Source of the DNA: Ignavibacteria bacterium
GTDB taxonomy: Bacteria; Bacteroidota; Ignavibacteria; Kapaibacteriales; UBA961
NCBI GenBank assembly: GCA_016873735.1
Contig: VGWD01000005.1
Span: 1,929-65,928 of the forward strand
Direction: 5' to 3'
DNA length: 64,000 nucleotides
Shown here: positions 50,248-60,038 of the stretch, piece by piece
Layout of the letters: each line of letters starts with the position of its first letter
Numbering within the stretch: position 1 is the first letter of the stretch
The notes under the pieces: generated by a model
Databases searched by the model: none
What the model was told of the DNA's origin: nothing
What the model saw: only the letters and a program-made list of their open reading frames with translations
Translations under genes and position numbers: made by a program

Positions 50248-51345
50248 ATGTCTATAGCCACATTGCTTTCCAAGATTGATCACTCCTTGCGTCCTATCTT
50301 TGGCGCTTTGCCTGCATCGGTATTTACTCGCTTTTATTCCTCTACCAGACCATGGTTTTCCAAAGTTGCAGCTGATGATGCTGTACCTTTTGTTTCAATT
50401 CCTTCTAATGTTAGTATATCATTCAAACAACTCACTTTTCGGTCCTATCTAGGTAATGCGGCCGGAATGTATAAGCAAGCAGAAGGCTATGAGAGAGCAT
50501 ATGCTCAAGGCGCAGGATTCTATCTTTGCGGAACTACCACAAGTTTACCAAGAAAAGGTAATGCTAAACATGGTATTTATCTTCCATTTGTTCCATATCC
50601 CACTACACATGCTGCATCGAACTGGCTTGGTTTGCCAAATGATGGTCATAGAGCCACAGCTTCAATCATTGCCGGCTTTATGAGGTATGAACATTTTCCA
50701 ATAGGTGCCAGTATTGCCATGGACCCTGGCATGCCCTCCGATCAAGCAATGGAAGGATTGATTGAAGGAATACGAGCTTATATTGACGCCGGTTGTGATT
50801 TTTTGGAGTTAAATGAAAGTTGTCCAAATGTTCCCGGACATGATATGAATGATGGCACACTCGACATTTCTCTACTTAAACGCTTGGATACCATATCTTC
50901 ACAAATAGATCTCACTTCAATACCTTTATTTGTCAAATTATCCAATGATACTGATCAAGGATTGGTTCCGCAATTAATGAGAGCGCTGATTGATCGTTCT
51001 TTTTCCGGAGTTAATTTCGGAAATACGTCAACTCGTTATAAAGAAATGGAACGATTGATTCATTCATCAGATAGACATCTTTATGATTATTTCACGAAAG
51101 AATTCGGTGGTGGTTTAAGCGGAGTGATTGTTAGAGAGGCATCAAGCGCATTGATCGCGCAAGCAAAACGCTATCGTGAAGAGTTATCAGCACCTGAATT
51201 TTTAATTATTGCTACAGGCGGGATTGAAACGAAGGAAGATGTGCAGCAGGCAAAGGAGAATGGGGCAGACATTATTCAATGGTATACCGGTTACTACGAG
51301 CAGTTCGGTAAACATGGCAATGATGTATACTCAGCAATGTATTGA
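50248..51345 (+). CDS. Dihydroorotate dehydrogenase-family (class-1-like) TIM-barrel flavoprotein
   Basis: 'FLELNESCPNVPG' matches the DHOD 'NLSCPNVPG' active-site Cys motif. 'IIATGGIETKEDVQQ' is the C-terminal FMN-binding block. Confidence 0.55.
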   Translation: MSIATLLSKIDHSLRPIFGALPASVFTRFYSSTRPWFSKVAADDAVPFVSIPSNVSISFKQLTFRSYLGNAAGMYKQAEGYERAYAQGAGFYLCGTTTSLPRKGNAKHGIYLPFVPYPTTHAASNWLGLPNDGHRATASIIAGFMRYEHFPIGASIAMDPGMPSDQAMEGLIEGIRAYIDAGCDFLELNESCPNVPGHDMNDGTLDISLLKRLDTISSQIDLTSIPLFVKLSNDTDQGLVPQLMRALIDRSFSGVNFGNTSTRYKEMERLIHSSDRHLYDYFTKEFGGGLSGVIVREASSALIAQAKRYREELSAPEFLIIATGGIETKEDVQQAKENGADIIQWYTGYYEQFGKHGNDVYSAMY

Positions 51346-52383
51346 TTATCGAAGGGCCTCGCGTATTCTCGCCGAAACATAATCCATGATCCATACCACA
51401 AATGCAATCATGATGATGATAAGCCCTACTTCATGCCATTGAGCCAAACCCTGATATTGCATAAGCATAGTTCCAATGCCACCACCACCAACCAAGCCAA
51501 TGATCGTTGCCATTCTGACATTGATATCCCAACGGTAAATCGTAAAACTCAAAAATGGAATCACTATTTGTGGAATGATTGCATATGTAATCACTTGCAG
51601 TGGATGAGCTCCTGTAGCTTCAATTGCTTCAATAGGTCCATTGTCAATATCTTCGATTTGTTCTGAATATTGTTTGGTAAGCGAAGCTACAGTGTGAACC
51701 ATGAGCGCAAGCATGCCTGCGAAAGGCCCTATACCAACCCAGACAGAAAAGATGATGGCCCATATCAATGGTTCAATCGAACGAGAGAAATTCGTGATGA
51801 ATCTAATCACTGTGTAAATGGAAAATGACAGAGTGCTGCCTTTCATGAGTGTTCTAGCACTCAAAAAACTTAGAATGAATGATGGGGGTAGAGCAATGAC
51901 GGTTGCCGTCAAAGCTATATATACAGTCTCTATTAATGCTTTCAGTGCTATATCAAAGATGCTGAGTTCCGGAGTAATCAATGCAGTGAAAATATTGGAA
52001 GCAGATTGCAATCCTTTGGCTGAAAAAAAATCAATAGGTGAGATATCGGTGATTATCCAACCTGCGATGATTGAACAGCTGAATGAGAGCCACATGAGAT
52101 GTTTACCAAACAATGGCATTGCATGATTTGTATCAGAAAGAATGAACATTCCTGCTGATTGATTGAATCTTCTACTGATGAATGCGATGACTCCGGCTAT
52201 TGCAAGGTATCCAACTTGCATGACAAAGCCATGAAGTGGGGTATAAGTGGTTAAGGCGGGAATAATAATCCTATCCAAAGAAATCAACACATACCAAATG
52301 AAAAATACATCGATGAGATATGATTGTATGGAAATTCCTTTTGCGGAATGATGTTGCATTGTGCGGCTCGAAAATGATGACAC
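51346..52383 (-). CDS. PhnE-like ABC transporter permease (phosphonate/phosphite-type), apparently orphan
   Basis: The C-terminal 'EAIEATGAHPLQVITYAIIPQIVIPFLSFTIYRWDINVRMATIIGLVGGGGIG' closely matches the PhnE/PtxC signature. There are multiple TM helices. Confidence 0.55.
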   Translation of the reverse strand: MSSFSSRTMQHHSAKGISIQSYLIDVFFIWYVLISLDRIIIPALTTYTPLHGFVMQVGYLAIAGVIAFISRRFNQSAGMFILSDTNHAMPLFGKHLMWLSFSCSIIAGWIITDISPIDFFSAKGLQSASNIFTALITPELSIFDIALKALIETVYIALTATVIALPPSFILSFLSARTLMKGSTLSFSIYTVIRFITNFSRSIEPLIWAIIFSVWVGIGPFAGMLALMVHTVASLTKQYSEQIEDIDNGPIEAIEATGAHPLQVITYAIIPQIVIPFLSFTIYRWDINVRMATIIGLVGGGGIGTMLMQYQGLAQWHEVGLIIIMIAFVVWIMDYVSARIREALR

Positions 52384-52393
52384 AAAAATAAAG

Positions 52394-52423
52394 AACCCTC
52401 GGATAATAAGAAAGCCGAGGGTT
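52394..52423 (-). terminator. Intrinsic terminator of the RRM-protein gene
   Basis: A perfect 9-bp stem AACCCTCGG/CCGAGGGTT is followed on the minus strand by a U-tract (A-run 52384-52393 on the plus strand). Confidence 0.5.
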
Positions 52424-52465
52424 CCGTTTACTGTCTGTATCGATGATCAGGGGATCTCTATCTCA

Positions 52466-52774
52466 TCATTCATATCGATCTGACCGACGATCGCCACCGC
52501 GAGAATCACGACGTGGACCGCGTGATTGCTCTTCGCGTGGACGAGCCTCATTTACTACCAATGTACGTCCGCTGAACTCTTTACCATTGGTTGATTCGAT
52601 GGCGCCTCTGGCTTCATCATCATTATCCATTTCAACAAAACCAAAGCCGCGTGAACGACCGGAGATTTTGTCTGTAATGACAAAGGCACCTGTGACATTG
52701 CCGTATGACTCAAAAAGGGAACGAAGTTCTTCGGATCCCATCGTGTACGGCAAATTGCCTACATAAATATTCAT
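52466..52774 (-). CDS. RRM-type RNA-binding protein with an RGG/RD-rich C-terminal tail
   Basis: RNP-2 is 'IYVGNL' and RNP-1 is 'RGFGFVEM'. The tail is 'RPREEQSRGPRRDSRGGDRRSDRYE'. Confidence 0.85.
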   Translation of the reverse strand: MNIYVGNLPYTMGSEELRSLFESYGNVTGAFVITDKISGRSRGFGFVEMDNDDEARGAIESTNGKEFSGRTLVVNEARPREEQSRGPRRDSRGGDRRSDRYE

Positions 52775-52941
52775 AACAAACCTTCCGTAGATGTGTAGTG
52801 ATTAACGAAGTCAACAATAAAACAATTACACAAGTGACTGCAAGTAATGGCGCACATCAACACCAAATACATTGTCGAAAATACCACAAACCATTGATTA
52901 AACAACACATTACATGGAAATAATTAATGTTACCAATTGGA

Positions 52942-52974
52942 AACAAAAAAGCCCGAGTAAGCGATTACTCGGGC
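52942..52974 (-). terminator. Intrinsic terminator of the gdh gene
   Basis: A perfect 10-bp stem GCCCGAGTAA/TTACTCGGGC is followed by a U-tract on the minus strand. Confidence 0.55.
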
Positions 52975-52997
52975 TAAATATATCATTATAGGGGAAA

Positions 52998-54434
52998 TTA
53001 CGGGAAAATCCCCATTTGATCATAAGAAGCAGCAATTTTGTCAATCGCGGAAACAAGGGCTGCCGTGCGCATGTCTTTCACATTTGATTTGTTTCTCCAA
53101 ACGTCCATGATTTCATGATAGGAGCCAATCATTGAGTCTTCCAGACCTGAATTCACCAAATCAACTTCATTCGGACCTTGAACGAGCATTGCTTTTTCAG
53201 AAGCGGTCAGTGATTTGCCGGTAAGATTTTCAATTGTTGAAATCAAACCCTTCTTTGAATTTTCTTCATATCGTTTGTCCAAACGACCAAATCGAACATG
53301 AGAAAGATTCTTCAACCATTCAAAGTAAGAAACAACTACACCACCTGCATTGATATACATATCCGGAATGATAAGGATATTCTTAGCTAAGAGAGTGGGC
53401 TCGGCGGAAGCTGCAATTGGTCCATTTGCACCTTCGGCAATGATCTTCGCCTGTATGCGATCTGCATTCCATTCTGTTATTTGTGATTCGAGAGCTGCAG
53501 GCACGAGAATATCACAGGGATACTCGAGTAGTGAATTTCCTTCATCAATGGTTTTTGCGCCTGCGAAATTTCTGATTGACCCGGTTTGAGCATGATGTAC
53601 TTTCAATGCATTGATGTCAATTCCATCAGGATTATATACAGCACCGTCCCATTCTATTATGCCAATGATTCTCGAGCCACCTTCGGCAATGAATTTTACT
53701 GCATGATATCCAACATTTCCAAATCCCTGCACAATGACGCTCTTATCATGTAAGCCCGTAGAAAGGCCAATCGATTTCATGAGTTCTGCATCATTCACAG
53801 CTTCGCGTACACCAAAAAACACTCCTTTTCCGGTTGCTTCTGTTCTTCCATTGACTCCGCCTTGTGAAATTGGCTTACCAGTAACGCAACCCAGTGCATT
53901 GACATCGTCGAACTTAATTGTTTGATAGGTATCAGCAATCCAAGACATTTCTCTCATGCCTGTACCATAATCCGGAGCGGGAACATCAACTGCTGGTCCA
54001 ATGAAATTTTTGCGAATCAATTCCACAGTATATCTTCTGGTGATCCGTTCCAATTCGTCAACCGAATAATTCTTGGGGTTGATTTTGATACCACCTTTAC
54101 CACCGCCGAAAGGAACATTTACAACGGCACATTTATATGTCATGAGAGCAGACAAAGCAATCACTTCATCTTGATTCACATCCTCGCTATAACGAATTCC
54201 ACCTTTGCAGGGAAGTTTGTGGTGGCTGTGTTCGGCTCTCCATGCAGATATGACCTGAATTTCTCCTTTTACTCTAACCGGAAATTGAATTTGATAAACA
54301 GCATTGCATGCACGAATCTGATCCAAAAGTCCTTTGGAATGATCAAGCAAAGCAGCTGCTTTATCGAAATACGTATTTACCGATTGAAAAAACGGGATTT
54401 CGTGATAACTCGGAGGTGTTTTTTGAGAAGTCAT
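52998..54434 (-). CDS. gdh: Glutamate dehydrogenase (Glu/Leu/Phe/Val dehydrogenase family)
   Basis: 'KGGIRYSEDVNQDEVIALSALMTYKCAVVNVPFGGGKGGI' is the GDH catalytic Lys-Gly region. A Rossmann NAD(P) domain follows. Confidence 0.85.
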   Translation of the reverse strand: MTSQKTPPSYHEIPFFQSVNTYFDKAAALLDHSKGLLDQIRACNAVYQIQFPVRVKGEIQVISAWRAEHSHHKLPCKGGIRYSEDVNQDEVIALSALMTYKCAVVNVPFGGGKGGIKINPKNYSVDELERITRRYTVELIRKNFIGPAVDVPAPDYGTGMREMSWIADTYQTIKFDDVNALGCVTGKPISQGGVNGRTEATGKGVFFGVREAVNDAELMKSIGLSTGLHDKSVIVQGFGNVGYHAVKFIAEGGSRIIGIIEWDGAVYNPDGIDINALKVHHAQTGSIRNFAGAKTIDEGNSLLEYPCDILVPAALESQITEWNADRIQAKIIAEGANGPIAASAEPTLLAKNILIIPDMYINAGGVVVSYFEWLKNLSHVRFGRLDKRYEENSKKGLISTIENLTGKSLTASEKAMLVQGPNEVDLVNSGLEDSMIGSYHEIMDVWRNKSNVKDMRTAALVSAIDKIAASYDQMGIFP

Positions 54435-54482
54435 AGTACTTCCTAATGAAACAATATGTAGGGGTAAATGAGAAATCTGCTA

Positions 54483-55613
54483 TTACAGATTTCCTCTCAA
54501 TGCTTGTTCGCGTTCAATTGATTCGAAAAGTGCTTTGAAATTTCCTTTGCCAAATGATGTGGCGCCTTTTCTTTGGATGATTTCAAAGAACAATGTTGGC
54601 CTGTCTTCAACAGGTTTGGTGAAAATCTGAAGCAGATAACCTTCTTCGTCTCGGTCTACCAATATGCCAAGTTCTCGAAGCGGTGAAATATCCTCATCTA
54701 TCGCTCCGACACGGTCCAATAAATCATCATAGTACGTGTCCGGAACACGCAAGAACTGAACGCCTCTTTCCTTCAGAGCAGAGACGGTTGCTATGATGTC
54801 ATGGGTTGCAACAGCGATGTGTTGAACACCGGGACCATTATAGAATTCAAGATATTCATCAATCTGGGATTTTGCTTTTTTCCCTTCGGCAGGTTCATTG
54901 ATAGGGAATTTGATATACCCATTTCCATTGGAAACAACTTTGCTCATCAAAGCGCTATACTCCGTAGAGATGTCTTTGTCATCGAAAGTTAAGAGCAATG
55001 AAAATCCCATGACTTCTTCATAGAATCGAACCCATTCATCCATCTTGCCTAGTTCCACATTCCCAACGCAATGATCAACATAGAGTAAGCCAACTTCAGT
55101 AGTTATATATCCATCATTGATAGGAACATAACCAGGCATGAAAACGCCATTATATTGTTTACGTTCTACAAATGTGTGAATTGTCTCGCCATAGGTATGT
55201 ATGGAAGCAATCTTCACTTCGCCGAAATCATCACGAAGTATGGTTGGTTCCGTATGACTTTTCGCGCCACGAGAGGTTGTTTCTTTCCAAGATTGTTCTG
55301 CATCATCAACCCACAAGGCAAGGACTTTCACTCCATCGCCATGTTTGTCTACATGTGAACTGATGTCATTTCCGGGATGCATAGGGGTTGTTAGGATAAG
55401 TCTGATTTTTCCTTGCTTCAAAACATAACTTGCCCTGTCCCTTATGCCTGTTTCTGGTCCGGCATAAGCAATAAGATCAAAACCAAAAGCCGTACGATAA
55501 AAATATGAGGCTTGTTTTGCATTCCCCACATAGAACTCGATATAATCTGTTCCATTTATTGGAAGAAAATCGGTGACAGCTGATTGTGATGATGTGGCGG
55601 AAAGTGTTTCCAT
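54483..55613 (-). CDS. hppD: 4-hydroxyphenylpyruvate dioxygenase
   Basis: It has the two-VOC-module architecture and the conserved C-terminal 'GNFKALFESIEREQALRGNL'. His/Glu iron ligands are in 'VQHIAVATHDI'. Confidence 0.85.
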   Translation of the reverse strand: METLSATSSQSAVTDFLPINGTDYIEFYVGNAKQASYFYRTAFGFDLIAYAGPETGIRDRASYVLKQGKIRLILTTPMHPGNDISSHVDKHGDGVKVLALWVDDAEQSWKETTSRGAKSHTEPTILRDDFGEVKIASIHTYGETIHTFVERKQYNGVFMPGYVPINDGYITTEVGLLYVDHCVGNVELGKMDEWVRFYEEVMGFSLLLTFDDKDISTEYSALMSKVVSNGNGYIKFPINEPAEGKKAKSQIDEYLEFYNGPGVQHIAVATHDIIATVSALKERGVQFLRVPDTYYDDLLDRVGAIDEDISPLRELGILVDRDEEGYLLQIFTKPVEDRPTLFFEIIQRKGATSFGKGNFKALFESIEREQALRGNL

Positions 55614-55658
55614 GACAATGCATCCAATAAATAAAGTTCGGTAAAAATAACAAATTGC

Positions 55659-56765
55659 TCATGCATAATGAGCAATCAATTCCTGCATGGTGAGAATCAC
55701 TCTTTGATTGGTATCATCTGTTCCGGTACTGATTCTGATACAATGGGGCAGTCTGAACCCTCCGAGTCTTCGCACAATTATTCCTCTTTTTTCAAGATCA
55801 TTGGTCAATCGAATGGCATTGTCTTCAATTCCACAGTCAATCATTGAAAAATTGGCAACTGATGGTGAAATCTTCCAGCCTTGCTCTGCAAATGACGCTT
55901 GAAATGCACGTAAACCTCTTTTATTGAGCTGAATGGTTTCTTGAAGAAAATCTTCATCTTCCATAGCTGTTACAGCTGCCAATTGGGAGAGAGTTCCGGG
56001 ATCAAATGTTAATTTTGATTTGGACATAACCGCGATCAATTCCCGTGGACCAATTGCATATCCAACTCGGAGCGAAGCCAAACCATAGACTTTGGAAAAT
56101 GTCCGCAATGTGATCATGTTTGGTCTGCGATGAAGCAAGCTGTTTGGATAATCATCGGTTATGATTTCAGTGTATTCAAAATATGCTTCGTCCATAATTA
56201 ATAGGACACTGTCGGGAAGGGCGGCAAGGAGTTTCTCGAACTCTGCTTTTGTGATATGTGTCCCTGTTGGGTTATTAGCATTTGCTATGTATACAATTCT
56301 TGTTTTTTCATCAATTACCTTTATGATTCCATCTATATCGAATCGATAATCAGGCGTCAAAGGCACCGATATGCGATGTAGATTTGCAATGGATGTGGCA
56401 ACATAATATCCTACAAATGTTCCTTCACTCGAAACGATTGTATCTCCCGGAACGGTGAAGCAACGCATGATCAAATGCATCAATGCATCAGAACCATTAT
56501 AGCAAACAACTTCTTCTTTGCTTACATGAAATTTGTTGGCTATTGCCGTACAAAGAAATTCGCCTCCATCTGGATACACTGAAAGATCTTCTGATTGGAT
56601 ATTTCTTAAAGCATGGAGTGCTTTTGGGGAAGCACCTAAAGGATTTTCATTGGAAGCCAGTTTGACGATATCAGTGATGCCATGCTTCTCTTGAACTGTT
56701 TTTATGGATGTACCGGGTGTATAAGGCAATAACTGTTGGATATGCTCGGGAACAAATATGGACAT
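55659..56765 (-). CDS. Class-II PLP aminotransferase (histidinol-phosphate / aromatic aminotransferase family)
   Basis: It has 'NENPLG' and 'YPDG' motifs, and the PLP-Lys is in 'FSKVYGLASLRVGY'. Its position next to hppD suggests a tyrosine aminotransferase role. Confidence 0.75.
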   Translation of the reverse strand: MSIFVPEHIQQLLPYTPGTSIKTVQEKHGITDIVKLASNENPLGASPKALHALRNIQSEDLSVYPDGGEFLCTAIANKFHVSKEEVVCYNGSDALMHLIMRCFTVPGDTIVSSEGTFVGYYVATSIANLHRISVPLTPDYRFDIDGIIKVIDEKTRIVYIANANNPTGTHITKAEFEKLLAALPDSVLLIMDEAYFEYTEIITDDYPNSLLHRRPNMITLRTFSKVYGLASLRVGYAIGPRELIAVMSKSKLTFDPGTLSQLAAVTAMEDEDFLQETIQLNKRGLRAFQASFAEQGWKISPSVANFSMIDCGIEDNAIRLTNDLEKRGIIVRRLGGFRLPHCIRISTGTDDTNQRVILTMQELIAHYA

Positions 56766-56966
56766 GGTGATGAACGGTATAAGTTAGGCGAAATTCGAAG
56801 CAAATTTAACAAAACGGGGGCTTTGCCAATAAAGTTTTGACTTCAATTGAAAAGAATACGCCAAGATTCAATGTGTTTATGGTCAAAGACTTGGTTTTTT
56901 GTGTAAATTAGCCATGAATACTGGATTTGATACCCGAAACATTGTATAGCAATCAATAGTTCTAAC

Positions 56967-57728
56967 ATGTCATTAACAATTGCAATACCACACAATCCTG
57001 CCTACTCCTCATTAACTGCAAATGCACAATCGGTTTGTCAGGAGCGTGGATATGGTTGCCGTGTGCTTTCCGAATATGAATGTGCCCAAAGTTTGTACAA
57101 AGGAACTGCAGATATATCATTGATTGATCCTTTAAGTTTTGCTAGGCATCCATCTGAGTTGAGAATTATTCCTTCATTGGCTTTATCGATAGAAGGATGT
57201 TCGAATCTTGGTTCTATCCATTTTGTACCGGGCAAAGAAGAATTTCAACTTCTGGGTTTGCAAGAGGATGTGTATTTTTTACGTATTGGAGCTCTTTGCT
57301 TGGCAGAAAAATATGACCTATTCCCGGAGATAATGATTGATTCCGCTGTGGGTGAGGATCCCGAACTTACAAATTCACAGTATGATGCCTGGATTGCATG
57401 GAATTCTTCAAAAGGACAAGGTGCATTGGATATTTGTGAAGAATGGTCAGACTTTCAAGAGGTACCATTGCCGTTGGTTTTTTGGGCATGCAAAGATGAG
57501 GATTCTCCGGAACTACTTGAACTTACAAGGCTCTGCGCGGCGGATGATATTCCGGAATCAGATGAGATACATTCTATTACAAAAGGGAGTGATGCCGATC
57601 CACGCATTGGTACTTCTCATTTTAGATATTCAGCAAGTTTTCAAGATTCTCTTGATGCTGTGCAACATTTTATGTTTTATCATCGCATGATTGAATCAGT
57701 TCGTGCGATAACTTTGTTGGGAAATTGA
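56967..57728 (+). CDS. MqnA/MqnD-family protein (futalosine-pathway chorismate dehydratase-like)
   Basis: 'ADISLIDPLSFARHPSELRIIPSLALSIEGCSNLGSIHF' parallels the MqnA 'LDLALISSVEYARHPDRLVLLPDLSISS..GPVGSVLLF' block. Confidence 0.5.
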   Translation: MSLTIAIPHNPAYSSLTANAQSVCQERGYGCRVLSEYECAQSLYKGTADISLIDPLSFARHPSELRIIPSLALSIEGCSNLGSIHFVPGKEEFQLLGLQEDVYFLRIGALCLAEKYDLFPEIMIDSAVGEDPELTNSQYDAWIAWNSSKGQGALDICEEWSDFQEVPLPLVFWACKDEDSPELLELTRLCAADDIPESDEIHSITKGSDADPRIGTSHFRYSASFQDSLDAVQHFMFYHRMIESVRAITLLGN

Positions 57729-57729
57729 T

Positions 57730-58398
57730 ATGCTTACTCGTTATGGATATGACAATGCAATACCAATGCTCATTATTGGTTTTTCATTGATCATACTTTC
57801 TGCATTTGTGTTCTCGGGAGCTCTTTCTTGGATTTCCACTGGATTGGGTTTTATTGTCATCTTTTTCACATTGTGGTTTTTTAGAGACCCATTGCGCATC
57901 ATCCCTGAAACTGCTCTTTCAGATCATTCGATCATAATAGCACCGGCTGATGGGAAAGTGGTTGAAATCGTTGAAATAGAAGAGCATGAATTCTTCAAGG
58001 GGAAAGCTCGACAGATCAGTATTTTTCTTTCTCCATTGGATGTGCATGTGAATCGCTCCCCAGTATCTGGAAATGTTACATTTTATCGTTATATGCAAGG
58101 TGATTATATGGTTGCCTGGCATCCGAAAGCTTCTGAGTTGAATGAACAAAGCAGGATTGGAGTAGAAACCGGTTTCGGTAAGGTATTATTCAAGCAGATT
58201 ACAGGCGTATTGGCTAGACGTATTGTCTGCACCGTGAAACAAGGTGATCCTCTCAAAACAGGAGAGCAAATTGGTATGATGAAATTTGGTTCTCGAATGG
58301 ACATCATTATTCCCCTAGATGCAGAAGTACTCGTTCAGAAAGATCAGCGAACAAGGGGTGGTGAAACTGTACTTGCCAATTTGAATAAAACCAAATGA
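57730..58398 (+). CDS. psd: Phosphatidylserine decarboxylase proenzyme (short form)
   Basis: It has an N-terminal TM helix, 'FFRDPLR', 'LSPLDVHVNRSPVSG' and a C-terminal 'FGSRMD' (G-S cleavage/pyruvoyl site). Confidence 0.8.
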   Translation: MLTRYGYDNAIPMLIIGFSLIILSAFVFSGALSWISTGLGFIVIFFTLWFFRDPLRIIPETALSDHSIIIAPADGKVVEIVEIEEHEFFKGKARQISIFLSPLDVHVNRSPVSGNVTFYRYMQGDYMVAWHPKASELNEQSRIGVETGFGKVLFKQITGVLARRIVCTVKQGDPLKTGEQIGMMKFGSRMDIIIPLDAEVLVQKDQRTRGGETVLANLNKTK

Positions 58399-60038
58399 TA
58401 TTGCATAAATCATATGTTTCACTCGATTCATTGATGCCCAAACATGTAGGTCAATCATTTGCTTATGCCTGTTTGTCAGGGATTATGCTTGGCTGTGCAT
58501 TTCCTCCAATGCCATTCGGTTTTTTGGCTTTCTTTGCTTTCTTTCCATTGTTTCTGATTTTAGAAGCAGAGTCATCCAGACAAAAAAGATCTATTGTCCG
58601 CTATTTGTATTGTACGTTTTTTTTATATCAAGGGATTGCTAATTGGTGGGTTGGAAGTTGGCAAAAAGAAAGCGATCCTTTCTTGATTATTGCCGGCTTG
58701 GCTTTGCAAATAGGTCATCCATTCTTTTTGATGTTGCCATTCATTGCATTCTTTTATATCAGACAACGCATGGCATCTGCATTTGCTTATGGATTTCTTC
58801 CATGTTTTTATGTAGCTTATGAGTGGCTTCATTCATTGACTGATGCATCATATCCGTGGTTGTCCATAGGATATATGACGATGTCTATTGAGCCGATTCA
58901 TCAATGTGCTGATTTGTTTGGCATATGGGGCTTGACATTTCTTCTGATGGTTGTAAATATTCTGCTTTTTCAGTTTCTCATCAAAAAAGACAAACGCATA
59001 GTATTTGGATGTCTCATTGCTTTAGTAGCCATACTTTCTTGTACTGTGATATATGGCTTGAATAGATCGCTTGAAGTCAGAGGAATAGTTTCAACATCGC
59101 CGAGCATCAAGATTGGAATTGTCCAGCCAAATATCAATCCTTGGAATAAATGGGAAGGCGAGGTTCGTGATCAGATATTTATTCACAAGTCTACAATGGC
59201 GAAGTCGGTCAAGAATATTCCGGATTTATGGCTATGGAGTGAAACTGCAATACCATTCGTGAATGTACCTTTGAATGTCTACAAAGATTTTTCAAGTTTG
59301 CAATCAATCATTGGAAAGACTCCTATCCTTACAGGATTTGCCAATCTGGAACTCGTGGAAGACCCTTCGAAGGAACCATTGTCAAAACCATTCCGATTAA
59401 TTCCCGGTTCATATTATGTTGCCTATAATGCTGCTGCTTTGCTGCAAGATTCAACCGTGAGTATACACCGAAAAATGAGATTAACGCCATTTGGAGAGGG
59501 GTTTCCTTTCTCGCAAGATATTCCGTGGCTTGGTTCGATATTGCAATGGGGTGTTGGAATCTCCGGATGGAAAAAGGGGGATATTCAACAGCCATTGAAA
59601 CTCTATAAGGACCATCATCTTATTGTATCTATAGGAACTGTTATTTGTATAGAATCCATTTATCCAGAATTTGTCAGAAATTATGCTGTTTCGGGTGCAA
59701 CAATGCTAGCCGTCATAACAAATGATGCTTGGTTTGATAATACGCCCGGCCCGATGCAACACTTTGTGATATCTCAGATGAGAGCAATTGAGAATAGAAG
59801 GGCTATTGCACGCTGCGGGAATACAGGTATTTCCGGAATCATATATCCCGATGGTTCTATTGCAAAAATGGTCAACCCTCAAATCAGGACAGCAATCATC
59901 GGAGATATACCAATCATTTCAATGGATTCTTTGTATATGCATGTTGGTGATCTTCTTCCAAAGATCTGTAGTATTGCATCATGTATCATCTTGTGTCTTG
60001 CAGGATATAAAGGGTTTATGCAAAGGAAATCACAATGA
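58395..60038 (+). CDS. lnt: Apolipoprotein N-acyltransferase
   Basis: It has an N-terminal polytopic membrane domain and a C-terminal CN-hydrolase domain. The catalytic Cys is in 'VICIESIYPEF'. Confidence 0.8.
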   Translation: MILHKSYVSLDSLMPKHVGQSFAYACLSGIMLGCAFPPMPFGFLAFFAFFPLFLILEAESSRQKRSIVRYLYCTFFLYQGIANWWVGSWQKESDPFLIIAGLALQIGHPFFLMLPFIAFFYIRQRMASAFAYGFLPCFYVAYEWLHSLTDASYPWLSIGYMTMSIEPIHQCADLFGIWGLTFLLMVVNILLFQFLIKKDKRIVFGCLIALVAILSCTVIYGLNRSLEVRGIVSTSPSIKIGIVQPNINPWNKWEGEVRDQIFIHKSTMAKSVKNIPDLWLWSETAIPFVNVPLNVYKDFSSLQSIIGKTPILTGFANLELVEDPSKEPLSKPFRLIPGSYYVAYNAAALLQDSTVSIHRKMRLTPFGEGFPFSQDIPWLGSILQWGVGISGWKKGDIQQPLKLYKDHHLIVSIGTVICIESIYPEFVRNYAVSGATMLAVITNDAWFDNTPGPMQHFVISQMRAIENRRAIARCGNTGISGIIYPDGSIAKMVNPQIRTAIIGDIPIISMDSLYMHVGDLLPKICSIASCIILCLAGYKGFMQRKSQ

